Source: Sediminihabitans luteus (GTDB lineage: Bacteria > Actinomycetota > Actinomycetes > Actinomycetales > Cellulomonadaceae). Taken from it: DNA of 24,000 nucleotides. Below the pieces are notes generated by a model. It made no database searches and was not told the DNA's origin. It saw only the letters and a list, made by a program, of their open reading frames with translations. A program made the translations under genes and the position numbers. Of the stretch, positions 1 through 7,770 are shown one piece after another; the stretch's first letter is position 1, and each line of letters starts with the position of its first letter. Location: the NCBI RefSeq assembly GCF_002797595.1, contig NZ_PGFE01000002.1, positions 604,337-628,336 on the forward strand, read 5' to 3'.

Positions 1-943
1 CGACGTCCACCACCACGCCACCGCCGTCCTCGACGAGGTCGGCACCGCCGTCGTCGGCATGCGCGACACCCTCGAGCTGGCGCTCGCGGCCGTGCTCGCG
101 GGAGGGCACGTGCTGTTCGAGGACGTGCCCGGCCTGGGCAAGACCCTCGCGGCGCGCAGCCTCGCCGCCGCTCTCGGGCTCGACTTCGCACGCCTGCAGT
201 GCACACCCGACCTGCTGCCCTCCGACATCACGGGCTCCTCGGTCTTCGACCCGGCCTCGGGTCGCTTCGAGTTCCGGCCCGGGCCGGTGTTCACGGGCCT
301 GTTCCTCGCGGACGAGATCAACCGCACGGCCCCCAAGACCCAGTCCGCGCTCCTGGAGGCCATGGCCGAGCGCCAGGTCTCGATCGACGGGGTCACGCGG
401 CCGCTCCCCCACCCGTTCCACGTCATGGCGACGTCCAACCCCGTCGAGTACGAGGGCACCTACCCGCTGCCCGAGGCGCAGCTCGACCGGTTCATGGTCC
501 GCCTGTCGGTCGGCTACCCCGGTCGCGACCAGGAGAAGGACGTCCTCGCGCGCCGCATCGGCCGCCGGCAGGAGGCCACGGCCGTGCGCCGCGTCGTGGA
601 CGCCCCCACGGTCCTCGCGATGCAGGCCGCGGTCGAGGCCGTCACGGTCGACGACTCGCTCCTGACCTACTGCGTCGACCTCGCCGCGGCGACCCGCACG
701 AGCCCCGTGCTCGACGTCGGCGCCTCGCCCCGCGGGTCGCAGAACCTCCTGCTCCTGGCCCGCGCCGTCGCAGTCCTCGCCGGACGCGACTTCGTCGTGC
801 CCGAGGACGTCAAGCGCGTCGCGGTGCCCGTCCTCGCGCACCGGCTCACGCTCACCCCGGCGGCCTGGGCCTCGGGCGTGCAGACCGAGTCCGTGGTCCG
901 CGAGATCTGCGACGTCGTCCCCGGCCCCGCGACCGTCGGATGA
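1..943 (+). CDS. MoxR-family AAA+ ATPase, 5' end cut by the window edge
   Basis: The frame is open from base 2 (LDEVGTAVVGMRDTLELALAAVLAGGHVLFEDVPGLGKT), so the M at 59 is internal. Walker A is GLGKT, Walker B is LFLADEINR, and the ATSNP sensor region is present. GC3 is high. Stop TGA at 941-943. Confidence 0.9.
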   Translation, partial: DVHHHATAVLDEVGTAVVGMRDTLELALAAVLAGGHVLFEDVPGLGKTLAARSLAAALGLDFARLQCTPDLLPSDITGSSVFDPASGRFEFRPGPVFTGLFLADEINRTAPKTQSALLEAMAERQVSIDGVTRPLPHPFHVMATSNPVEYEGTYPLPEAQLDRFMVRLSVGYPGRDQEKDVLARRIGRRQEATAVRRVVDAPTVLAMQAAVEAVTVDDSLLTYCVDLAAATRTSPVLDVGASPRGSQNLLLLARAVAVLAGRDFVVPEDVKRVAVPVLAHRLTLTPAAWASGVQTESVVREICDVVPGPATVG

Positions 944-2226
944 CGACCCCCGGATCCACCTGGTCGCCGTCCCGGTCGTACGTCGCGGGCGTCGTGCTCG
1001 GGGTCGGGCTGCTCGGGTTCGGCCTCGTGGTCGGTCGGGCGGACGTCGCGCTGCTCGGCGTGCCCGCGGTCCTGGGCCCCGTCCTCGCCCGGGCACGCAC
1101 CCCCCGGACCGACCTGACCGTGCAGGTGTCCTCCCGTCCGTCCGAGGGTTCCGAGCGCCGCGCGAACCTCCACCTCGACGCCGGGGGCAAGCGTGTCGCC
1201 GCGCACGTGCGCGTCGCCGCCCCCGGGCACGAGCCCGTCGAGCGGGTCGTGCTGGTCGACGGCGAGCGTGACCTCACGGCCACCGCGCGCAGCGTCCGCA
1301 CCGGGCCGCAGGACACGTTCCGCGTCGACCACGTCGGACGGTCGATCCTCGGCGACGTCGTCGGCGTCCCCGCGGTGTCCCACGCCCCTCGCCGGGTCGT
1401 GCTCCCCGGGACCAGCCGGCTCGGAGCCCTCCCGACGCCCGCCCGCCTGCTCGGGCTCACCGGCCCGCACACCTCGCGCCGCCCCGGCGACGGCGACGAG
1501 CTGCGCGACGTCCACGAGCTCGGCCCCGGCGACTCCCTGCGACGGATCGACTGGCGCGCGACCGCCCGGCGCTCACCCACCTTCGAGACCCTGTACGTGC
1601 GCCGCACCTGGGCGACCGCCGAGGCCACCGTCGTCGTCGTCATCGACTCGCGCGACGAGGTCGGGCCCGACGTGAGCACCTGGAACGGCGGCACCCTGCG
1701 CGTCGACGAGGCCACCTCCCTCGACCTCGCCCGCAACGCCGCGGCCACCGTCGCCCGCGCCACGGTCGACCGTGGCGACCGCGTCGCGCTCGAGGACCTC
1801 GGCCGCGCGCGCCGCCCCCTGCCCGCCGCGGGCGGCCGTCGTCACCTGCGCCGCGTCCTGCACGGCCTCGCGCTGTCCCACCCCGTGGGAGAACCCGCCC
1901 CCCGCGCGCGCGCGCCCCGCATCCCGGGCAACGCGATCGTCTACCTGTTCTCGACGTTCCTCGACGACGCCGCCGCCCGCACCGCCGAGGACTGGCGCCA
2001 CGAGGGGCACACCGTCGTCGCCGTGGACGTCCTGCCCGAGGTCACCGGTTGGTCGAGCACCTCCGCGCTCGAGCTCGCCTGGCGCATCACCCGCGCCGAG
2101 CGCGCCGTCCGCCTCGACGCGCTGCGCGCGCACGGCGTGCACGTCGTGCGCTGGCTCGACGAACCCACCGCGGCGCTCGCGGCACTCGCCCGCACCACGT
2201 CCCGCAGCCACCGGAGCCGCGCATGA
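940..2226 (+). CDS. DUF58 domain protein, the usual MoxR partner
   Basis: ATG 940 overlaps the MoxR stop (ATGA). Two N-terminal hydrophobic helices precede the DUF58-type signature DELRDVHELGPGDSLRRIDWRATARR. The 199-939 part of the tracked ORF is an R/P-rich off-frame read of MoxR and is excluded. Confidence 0.8.
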   Translation: MTTPGSTWSPSRSYVAGVVLGVGLLGFGLVVGRADVALLGVPAVLGPVLARARTPRTDLTVQVSSRPSEGSERRANLHLDAGGKRVAAHVRVAAPGHEPVERVVLVDGERDLTATARSVRTGPQDTFRVDHVGRSILGDVVGVPAVSHAPRRVVLPGTSRLGALPTPARLLGLTGPHTSRRPGDGDELRDVHELGPGDSLRRIDWRATARRSPTFETLYVRRTWATAEATVVVVIDSRDEVGPDVSTWNGGTLRVDEATSLDLARNAAATVARATVDRGDRVALEDLGRARRPLPAAGGRRHLRRVLHGLALSHPVGEPAPRARAPRIPGNAIVYLFSTFLDDAAARTAEDWRHEGHTVVAVDVLPEVTGWSSTSALELAWRITRAERAVRLDALRAHGVHVVRWLDEPTAALAALARTTSRSHRSRA

Positions 2227-2840
2227 GCACCGTCCGCACCGCCCTCGCCCGGGCGGTCCGCCGTCCCACGGCCGACGCCGTCGTCGACGAGAACCTGCCC
2301 GAGGTCGGGCTGACCGTCGACGCGACCATCCACGGTGCCGTGCTGCGCATGGCACTGGCCGGCTCCCTGGTCGTGCTGCTGACCCTCGCCTTCTTCCGTG
2401 TCGAAGGCGGGGGGGACAAGTTCACGGTCGAGACGGTCGGCCTGGGCACCGCGACAGGCATCGCCGTGCTGGTCGCGCTGGTCGCGGTCTACTACCGCGG
2501 GCTCCCGTTCACGCAGCTTGCCGTGGCCGCCGCGGCGATCGGGTTCCTCGCCTCGATCGACGGGCCGTTCGACCCCGTCGTGCTCGCCGCGCTCCCGTTC
2601 GCCCACCTCGCGCTGCGTGCCGACGCGTGGTGCACGGCCGTGCCGTGGTCCGCCCGGGTCGAGACGGCCGCCCTGCGCGACGACGTCCGCTCGAGCCTCG
2701 TGGTCCAGTGCGGCACCCAGCTCCTCGGCGTCACGGCGCTGCTGGTCTCGGGGTACCAGAATGTGTGGCTGCTCGGCGTCGCGGCCCTCGCCCTCGGCGC
2801 GCTGACCTACCTCGTGATCCCGCGCGCGTGGTGGTCCTGA
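2223..2840 (+). CDS. Hypothetical multi-pass membrane protein, third gene of the MoxR/DUF58 operon
   Basis: ATG 2223 overlaps the DUF58 stop (ATGA). There are five to six hydrophobic segments (LAGSLVVLLTLAFF, GIAVLVALVAVYY, LAVAAAAIGFLASI, LLGVTALLVSGY, LLGVAALALGALTYLVI). GC3 is high. I recognise no family. Confidence 0.6.
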   Translation: MSTVRTALARAVRRPTADAVVDENLPEVGLTVDATIHGAVLRMALAGSLVVLLTLAFFRVEGGGDKFTVETVGLGTATGIAVLVALVAVYYRGLPFTQLAVAAAAIGFLASIDGPFDPVVLAALPFAHLALRADAWCTAVPWSARVETAALRDDVRSSLVVQCGTQLLGVTALLVSGYQNVWLLGVAALALGALTYLVIPRAWWS

Positions 2841-2960
2841 CCGGGGTGATCGCACGGGCGTGGTGACGGCCACAGCCTCCCGACCTGCGAGCCACGGCCG
2901 CCCGGGTCACGATGGGGACGCGGCGCCAGAGCCGCACCGTCGACCCCGAAGGAGGACCTC

Positions 2961-3536
2961 ATGGCCGCAGAGAACCTGCCCCAGTACACCGTCCCGTCGC
3001 TCACGCTCGCGGACGGCGCAAAGGTCGCGGGGATCCTGCAGGGCCGCCTGCACGCCCTGAACGACCTGCAGCTCACGCTCAAGCACATCCACTGGAACGT
3101 CGTCGGCCCGCACTTCATCGCGGTGCACGAGATGCTCGACCCGCAGGTCGACGCCGTGCGCGCCATGGTCGACGCGATCGCGGAGCGCATCGCGACGCTC
3201 GGCGTCCCGCCCGTGGGCACCCCCGGCGCCCTGGTCGAGGCGCGCTCGTGGGACGACTACTCGATCGGCCGTGCGTCGACCATCGCCCACCTGGGTGCGC
3301 TCGACACCGTGTACCAGGGGATCATCACCGCGCACCGCGAGGCTGCGACCGCGACGGCCGACCTCGACGACGTGACGAACGACCTCCTCGTGGGGCACCT
3401 GCACGAGCTCGAGCTCTTCCACTGGTTCGTGCGCGCGCACCTCGAGTCCTCGGGCGGCGCGCTCAGCACCGCCGACAGCGAGGGCGAGAAGGACTCCGCC
3501 GAGCTCGCCGAGGCGGGCGCGGCCGACGAGGCCTGA
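2961..3536 (+). CDS. dps: Dps family DNA-protection / ferritin-like protein
   Basis: Shine-Dalgarno GAAGGAGG lies 5 nt upstream of the ATG. Dps ferroxidase motifs are present: LKHIHWNVVGPHF, AVHEMLD, DDVTNDLL. An acidic tail of about 30 aa follows the four-helix core. Confidence 0.9.
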   Translation: MAAENLPQYTVPSLTLADGAKVAGILQGRLHALNDLQLTLKHIHWNVVGPHFIAVHEMLDPQVDAVRAMVDAIAERIATLGVPPVGTPGALVEARSWDDYSIGRASTIAHLGALDTVYQGIITAHREAATATADLDDVTNDLLVGHLHELELFHWFVRAHLESSGGALSTADSEGEKDSAELAEAGAADEA

Positions 3537-3554
3537 CCTCCCACGCACCGACCC

Positions 3555-3585
3555 CGGGGCCCCGACGTCACGCGTCGGGGCCCCG
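3555..3585. terminator. Bidirectional hairpin between convergent dps and the DUF4037 gene
   Basis: CGGGGCCCCGACG-TCACG-CGTCGGGGCCCCG is a perfect 13-bp stem. The stop codon of the minus-strand gene (3568-3570) sits in the loop. There is no clear U-tract. Confidence 0.5.
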
Positions 3586-4620
3586 TCGTGGTTCCGGGCC
3601 GAGCGCCGCCGCCGCGACGCGGGAGCGGGCCGTGGGGTCCATGAGCACGGGCACCGACGTGGCCCACTGCTCGACGGACGCCGTACCGGCCGACCAGGCC
3701 CGCACGCCCGCGTCGTCCACGGCGTCGCGCAGCAGCTCCGGCACGTCCCCGACCCCCGCGAAGCCGCGCGTGTGGAACGGCACGACGGCGCTCGCCGCAG
3801 CAGGCAGCCCCGTGTCGCGCTGCAGGTCGTGCAGCGTCTCGAGCGCCTCGACGATCGCGGCCTCGCGCGTGCGCCAGTCGTCCGCGGCGAGCGCGCGGCC
3901 CAGCGGCGCGGCGGTCACGGACGCCCGGGGCAGGCGCGCGTGCAACGTCCCGAGCCATTTCGCGTACGGCGGCCACCGTCGGTCGAGCCAGAACCCCAGG
4001 CGCACGGTGCGCTCGACGAGGCGCGCGGCGACCACCCGCGAGCCGAGGTCGTCGCCCCGCTCCCCCGCACGGCCCACGAACGGCAGCTCCTGCGCGATCG
4101 CCGCCCACTCGCCCGCGAGCACCGCGAGCCACACGTCGTGCGGCATCCACGCGAGTCGCTCGCGCACCGCGGTCAGCTCCCCCGCGACGTCCTCGAACAC
4201 GTCGCCCGCGACGACCTCGAGGACGCTCTGCCCGGTGAGCCCGAGCCACGCGGACGGCTCGAGCGGGGCGGTCGCGTCGACCCCGAGCCGGGAGTGCACG
4301 AACCCGGCGACGCTCGCGACGTCGACGCCGTGGCGCACCTGCGGCGACCACGTCGTGGCGAACCGGGTCGGGAGCCCGTCGAACGCCGGCGGCAGCACGT
4401 CCTCGAGCCACGCGTCGACGTCGGCGACGCGGTCGGCGTCGACCAGCAGCGTGAGCCGGTTGCCCCAGTCGTGGTCCGTCGACGTCCCGTCGTCCAGGCC
4501 GAGGACGTCGGAGCCGCTGCCGAGCCGTCCCGCGGCGTACCCCAGGCCGGGCCAGCGGTCCACGACGAGCGGTCGCACGACCTGCTCCCAGTAGCCGCGC
4601 GCCCGGGACGTCCCGCTCAC
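3568..4620 (-). CDS. DUF4037-type protein with an N-terminal Pol-beta-like nucleotidyltransferase motif
   Basis: The GTG start at 4620 overlaps the upstream stop (GTGA). The N-terminus GRLGSGSDVLGLDDGTSTDHDWG fits the G[SG]...D.D nucleotidyltransferase pattern. Overall it matches actinobacterial DUF4037 proteins as I remember them. GC3 is high. Confidence 0.7.
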   Translation of the reverse strand: MSGTSRARGYWEQVVRPLVVDRWPGLGYAAGRLGSGSDVLGLDDGTSTDHDWGNRLTLLVDADRVADVDAWLEDVLPPAFDGLPTRFATTWSPQVRHGVDVASVAGFVHSRLGVDATAPLEPSAWLGLTGQSVLEVVAGDVFEDVAGELTAVRERLAWMPHDVWLAVLAGEWAAIAQELPFVGRAGERGDDLGSRVVAARLVERTVRLGFWLDRRWPPYAKWLGTLHARLPRASVTAAPLGRALAADDWRTREAAIVEALETLHDLQRDTGLPAAASAVVPFHTRGFAGVGDVPELLRDAVDDAGVRAWSAGTASVEQWATSVPVLMDPTARSRVAAAALGPEPRRGPDA

Positions 4621-5264
4621 GACGCCTCATCCTCGCGCAGCGCCCGCGCTGCGGCCGGCGCCCGGTCGGCCTCCGGGTCGCCGTCGTGCCAGGCCCTGCG
4701 CACCTGCTCGAACCGCGTCGGCAGCGGCGGGCGGATCCCGGCCCAGCGCGCGTTGGTGCGCTGCACGTGCCGACGCCACGAGAGCACGAGCCCCTGCTTG
4801 GTGATCGGCAGGCCGCTCGCGACCGTGACGCCGTTGTCGTGCGTGTGGTGCACCGTGAGCAGCAGTGCGCGCGGCACGGACCCCTCGAGCTCGGCGCAGA
4901 GCTGGGCACGCACCTCGAACCAGCGGCGCACGAGCACGACCTCGCTCGCGTCGAGCCGGTGCTCGCGCACGGTGCGGTGCTTGCCGTGCTGGACCACGAC
5001 CTTCCCCTCGACCGCGCGAGCCGACTCCGGGCCGAGGTCGAACGAGTCCACGGTGCAGCGCAGCAGGTCGCCGTAGCGCGCACCCGTGGCGCGCGTGAGC
5101 CCGACGATCACCGCGAGCCGCACGACCTCGGGCTTGACCGCCGGGTCCATCGCGGCGGTCGCGAGGTCGCGCCACACGGTCTCCGCCTCCGCACGTGTCA
5201 CCGGCGGCCGGGGGTACCTTCCCTGGTCGGGGCTTGTCGGTTCCTGCTCGGGTGTCTGAGCCAT
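4617..5264 (-). CDS. Hypothetical protein with a degenerate, truncated tyrosine-recombinase-like catalytic domain (no HxxR box or catalytic Tyr region visible)
   Basis: GC3 is strong over the whole ORF. LAVIVGLTRATGARYGDLLRCTVDSFDL resembles recombinase box I (TG.R..E...L...D). GKHRTVREHRLDASEVVLVRRWFEVR resembles the K-containing beta-hairpin plus helix. The protein ends before any box II. The fold assignment is inference only. Confidence 0.6.
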   Translation of the reverse strand: MAQTPEQEPTSPDQGRYPRPPVTRAEAETVWRDLATAAMDPAVKPEVVRLAVIVGLTRATGARYGDLLRCTVDSFDLGPESARAVEGKVVVQHGKHRTVREHRLDASEVVLVRRWFEVRAQLCAELEGSVPRALLLTVHHTHDNGVTVASGLPITKQGLVLSWRRHVQRTNARWAGIRPPLPTRFEQVRRAWHDGDPEADRAPAAARALREDEAS

Positions 5265-5279
5265 GAGCGGACTCTATCC

Positions 5280-5296
5280 GCTTGGCATACTATTTT
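5280..5296. promoter_or_regulatory. AT-rich 17-mer GCTTGGCATACTATTTT, copy 1, in a divergent promoter region
   Basis: It matches 7715-7731 at 16/17 positions. On the minus strand it reads AAAATAGTATGCCAAGC, with a TANNNT -10 candidate TAGTAT 22 nt upstream of the ATG at 5264. On the plus strand TATTTT is a -10 candidate about 95 nt upstream of yigZ. Confidence 0.45.
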
Positions 5297-5391
5297 GGTC
5301 AGGTTCGTCGGCGTGTCGGACGACGGAGCCGCGGTCCTCGCGGCGATGCGACTTCACCTGTCCACGGGCAGGGACGACCTAGGCTGGGTCG

Positions 5392-6036
5392 GTGCCCCCG
5401 GACCTGCCCTCGACCGTCGCCGCGCCGGTCTCCGTGGAGCTCGAGATCAAGCGTTCCCGGTTCCTTGCGCACCTCTCCCCCGCCGCCGACCTCAGCGCCG
5501 CCGAGACCGTGATCGCCCGGTGCCGCAAGGAGCACTGGGAAGCCCGGCACCACTGCACGGCGATGATCCTCGGCACGCACGCCGACCAGCAACGCTCGTC
5601 GGACGACGGGGAGCCCGCGGGCACCGCCGGCTCGCCCATGCTCGACGTGCTCCGTCACCGCGCGCTGACCGACGTCGTCGTGGTGGTCACGCGGTACTTC
5701 GGCGGGGTGCTGCTCGGCGCGGGCGGGCTCGTGCGCGCCTACTCCGGGGCGGTGTCGCAGGCGTGCGACGCCGCGACGGTGCTGCGGCGCGAGCGTGTGC
5801 GCGAGCTCGTGGTCGACGTGCCGCACGCCGAGGCGGGGCGCGTGGGCGCGTTCGTGCACTCCTGGGCCGCCCAGCACCGCGCCGTCGCGCTCGACCCCGA
5901 GTACGGCGCGAGCGCCCGCCTGGGCGCACTCGTCCGGCTCGACGACGTGGGGACGTTCGAGGCCGACCTCGCGGCCCTCACGCTCGGCGCCGTGACCGCG
6001 CTCCACGGCGAGGTGCGCGTCGTCAGCGTCCCCTGA
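5392..6036 (+). CDS. yigZ: YigZ / IMPACT family (UPF0029) protein
   Basis: Family motifs are EIKRSRFLAHL, ARHHCTAM, SDDGEPAGTAGSPML and VVVTRYFGGVLLGAGGLVRAY. The start is GTG. Confidence 0.85.
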   Translation: MPPDLPSTVAAPVSVELEIKRSRFLAHLSPAADLSAAETVIARCRKEHWEARHHCTAMILGTHADQQRSSDDGEPAGTAGSPMLDVLRHRALTDVVVVVTRYFGGVLLGAGGLVRAYSGAVSQACDAATVLRRERVRELVVDVPHAEAGRVGAFVHSWAAQHRAVALDPEYGASARLGALVRLDDVGTFEADLAALTLGAVTALHGEVRVVSVP

Positions 6037-6046
6037 GCGCCGCTGT

Positions 6047-6125
6047 CGGTGCGGTTCCGGGCGACTCACGTCCGGCCGGCCCGGTTCCGGCCGGTCTGGT
6101 TCAGGCCAGTCCCGTTCCTGTCAGG
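6047..6125. repeat. Degenerate 15-bp-phased repeat (GGTTCCGG-type core) in a convergent intergenic region
   Basis: Cores are at 6053 (GGTTCCGG), about 6069 (CGTCCGG), 6083 (GGTTCCGG), 6098 (GGTTCAGG) and 6113 (CGTTCCTG). They fall in 15-bp steps. Confidence 0.35.
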
Positions 6126-6130
6126 CAGCG

Positions 6131-6156
6131 CTGCCGTGCGGCCACCCGCACGGCAG
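6131..6156. terminator. Bidirectional hairpin between convergent yigZ and the UGPase gene
   Basis: CTGCCGTGCGG-CCAC-CCGCACGGCAG is a perfect 11-bp stem. It lies 12 nt from the UGPase stop. Confidence 0.55.
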
Positions 6157-6168
6157 GCCGTGGCTCCG

Positions 6169-7578
6169 TCAGGCCGTGATCCCGTCGGGACCCAGCCCCG
6201 CGCCGTCCGGCACCTCGCCGCCCTCGCCGCGCAGGACGGCGTCCCCGGCCACCCGCACGTCCGCGCCGAAGGTCCAGTCCCCCTCGACGGTGAGCGACGA
6301 CGCCTCGACCAGCGACGGGGCACCCGCGGGGAACCGCGCGTCGAAGTCGGCCACGAGCTTGTAGTGCGCGGTGTCGAGGTCGACGAACGGCGCGTCGGTG
6401 CGTGCCACGAGGCGGTAGTCGTCCCCGAGCGCGTACACGTCGGAGCGGAGCACGAGCAGGTCGTTCGTGGTCTTGACGGGCAGGAACCGCGAGCGGTCGA
6501 TCTCGATCGCGAGCGCGCCGTCGAACACCTCGACCGCCGCGCCCATCGCGGACTCGACCTGGACGACCTTCGTCGACGACGCGTCGCGCGGGTCCACGGT
6601 CTTGTCGTTGCGGATCAGCGGGAGCTCGAGCACGCCGTCGGTGCGCTCGAGCTCGGCCGCGAGGGCCTCGAGGTCGAACCACAGGTTGTTGGTGTTGAAG
6701 TACCGGTGCGTGTCGATGTCGCCCGCGGCGTCCTTGTCGGCGTCGAGCACCTGGGCGCTCTCGCGCAGCACGAGCCGCCCGTCCGCGGTGCGCACCACCA
6801 GGTGGCCGCCCTTGCGGTCGGCGGGCGTGCGCCGCGCGACCTCGGCCGCGAAGGGGGCGCCCGTGCCGGCGAACCAGCCGGCCATCGCCGCGTCGGGGGC
6901 CGCGCCGAGGTTGTCGGAGTTCGACACGCTCGCGTACCGGAAGCCGGCGTCGAGGAGCGCGCGCAGCACGCCCGAGGCGTACAGGGCCGTGTAGAGGTCA
7001 CCGTGCCCGGGCGGGCACCACTCGAGCGACGGGTCGGCGGGCCACTCGACCGGCGTGAGGTCGTCGGCGCGCAGCTTGGGCTCGCGGTTCTGCAGGAAGT
7101 CGAGCGGCAGCCCGTCGACGGCGACGTCGGGGTGCGCGGCGAGCGCGGCGAGCGTGTCGTCCTGCGTCGAGAAGCTGTTCATGAGCACGAGCGGGAGCCG
7201 CGCCCCCGTCGCCGCACGGGCAGCGCGCACCTGCCCGACGATCACGTCGAGGAAGGTCAGCGGACCACTGCCGTCGGGGGCGTCGTCCCGCACCGTGAGC
7301 AGGGACTTGGCCCGCTCCATGCCCATCGACGTGCCGAGGCCGCCGTTGAGCTTGATGATCGCGGTGGCCGCGAGGGCCTCGCGCGCGGCGTCCGGGTCGA
7401 CGTCGAGGTCGGCGTGCCGCGGGACGTCGCCCAGCGGGCTCACGTCCGACTCCGGGATGGTCCCCGTCTCGCCCGAGGCGAGGAGGTCGTAGAACCGGCT
7501 GAACACGTCGATCGCGGTGGGGTGCACTCCCCCGTCGGTCATCTTCGTGCGGGCCTGGGCGAGTCCGTCGCTGCTCAT
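6169..7578 (-). CDS. UTP--glucose-1-phosphate uridylyltransferase, UDPGP (eukaryote-like) family
   Basis: KLNGGLGTSMGMERAKSLL is the signature. The start is placed at ATG 7578 (MSSDGLAQARTKMTDGGVHPTAIDVF), which matches typical N-termini. The 49 R/P-rich residues upstream in the tracked ORF are rejected. Confidence 0.85.
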   Translation of the reverse strand: MSSDGLAQARTKMTDGGVHPTAIDVFSRFYDLLASGETGTIPESDVSPLGDVPRHADLDVDPDAAREALAATAIIKLNGGLGTSMGMERAKSLLTVRDDAPDGSGPLTFLDVIVGQVRAARAATGARLPLVLMNSFSTQDDTLAALAAHPDVAVDGLPLDFLQNREPKLRADDLTPVEWPADPSLEWCPPGHGDLYTALYASGVLRALLDAGFRYASVSNSDNLGAAPDAAMAGWFAGTGAPFAAEVARRTPADRKGGHLVVRTADGRLVLRESAQVLDADKDAAGDIDTHRYFNTNNLWFDLEALAAELERTDGVLELPLIRNDKTVDPRDASSTKVVQVESAMGAAVEVFDGALAIEIDRSRFLPVKTTNDLLVLRSDVYALGDDYRLVARTDAPFVDLDTAHYKLVADFDARFPAGAPSLVEASSLTVEGDWTFGADVRVAGDAVLRGEGGEVPDGAGLGPDGITA

Positions 7579-7714
7579 GGGTCTCACGCTAGGCGGTGGG
7601 CGCGTTCCCGGCGCGGCGCGCGTCCCGAGGCGTCGGTCACACGCCGAGCCCACCCCCCGGGTCGTGGCTCGTGGGACGTCACGCGCGGCGGGACGGACCG
7701 TTGCGGGCCGCACT

Positions 7715-7731
7715 GCTTGGCACACTATTTT
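7715..7731. promoter_or_regulatory. AT-rich 17-mer GCTTGGCACACTATTTT, copy 2
   Basis: It matches 5280-5296 at 16/17 positions. On the minus strand it reads AAAATAGTGTGCCAAGC, with the -10 candidate TAGTGT about 140 nt upstream of the UGPase ATG and just downstream of the yciO terminator hairpin. Confidence 0.45.
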
Positions 7732-7742
7732 CTCCGAAGTGG

Positions 7743-7770
7743 GAGATCATCGGGCCTTCGCCCGGATCTC
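7743..7770 (-). terminator. Hairpin overlapping the yciO stop codon
   Basis: The hairpin is GAGATC-AT-CGGGC-CTTC-GCCCG-GATCTC. A second small hairpin, TCTCC-GAAGTG-GGAGA at 7731-7746, shares four bases with it, so the two are mutually exclusive. There is no U-tract. Confidence 0.4.

Noticed and set aside
2912-5083. Very long overlapping ORFs (2912-4594 +, 3257-5083 -, 3772-5076 +, 4686-6179 +) that cover the dps / DUF4037 / recombinase-like region.
   Set aside because: Their translations are monotonous R/P/A/G-rich strings with no motifs. They lie off-frame or antisense to ORFs that have clear family motifs and proper GC3. This is the typical high-GC artefact.
7579-7725. N-terminal extension of the UGPase ORF to 7725, and a possible riboswitch in the long leader.
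   Set aside because: The extension is R/P-rich with no homology. The stems I can draw in the leader are expected by chance at this GC content, and I recognise no known riboswitch consensus. The leader is mentioned only as part of the 17-mer finding.
7718-7734. Sigma-54-like -24/-12 promoter pattern, TGGCAC-N5-TTTC, inside the 17-mer. It also occurs at 5283-5299 as TGGCAT-N5-TTTG.
   Set aside because: The -12 element lacks the conserved GC (TTGC). Actinobacteria generally lack RpoN. No plus-strand gene lies downstream of copy 2.
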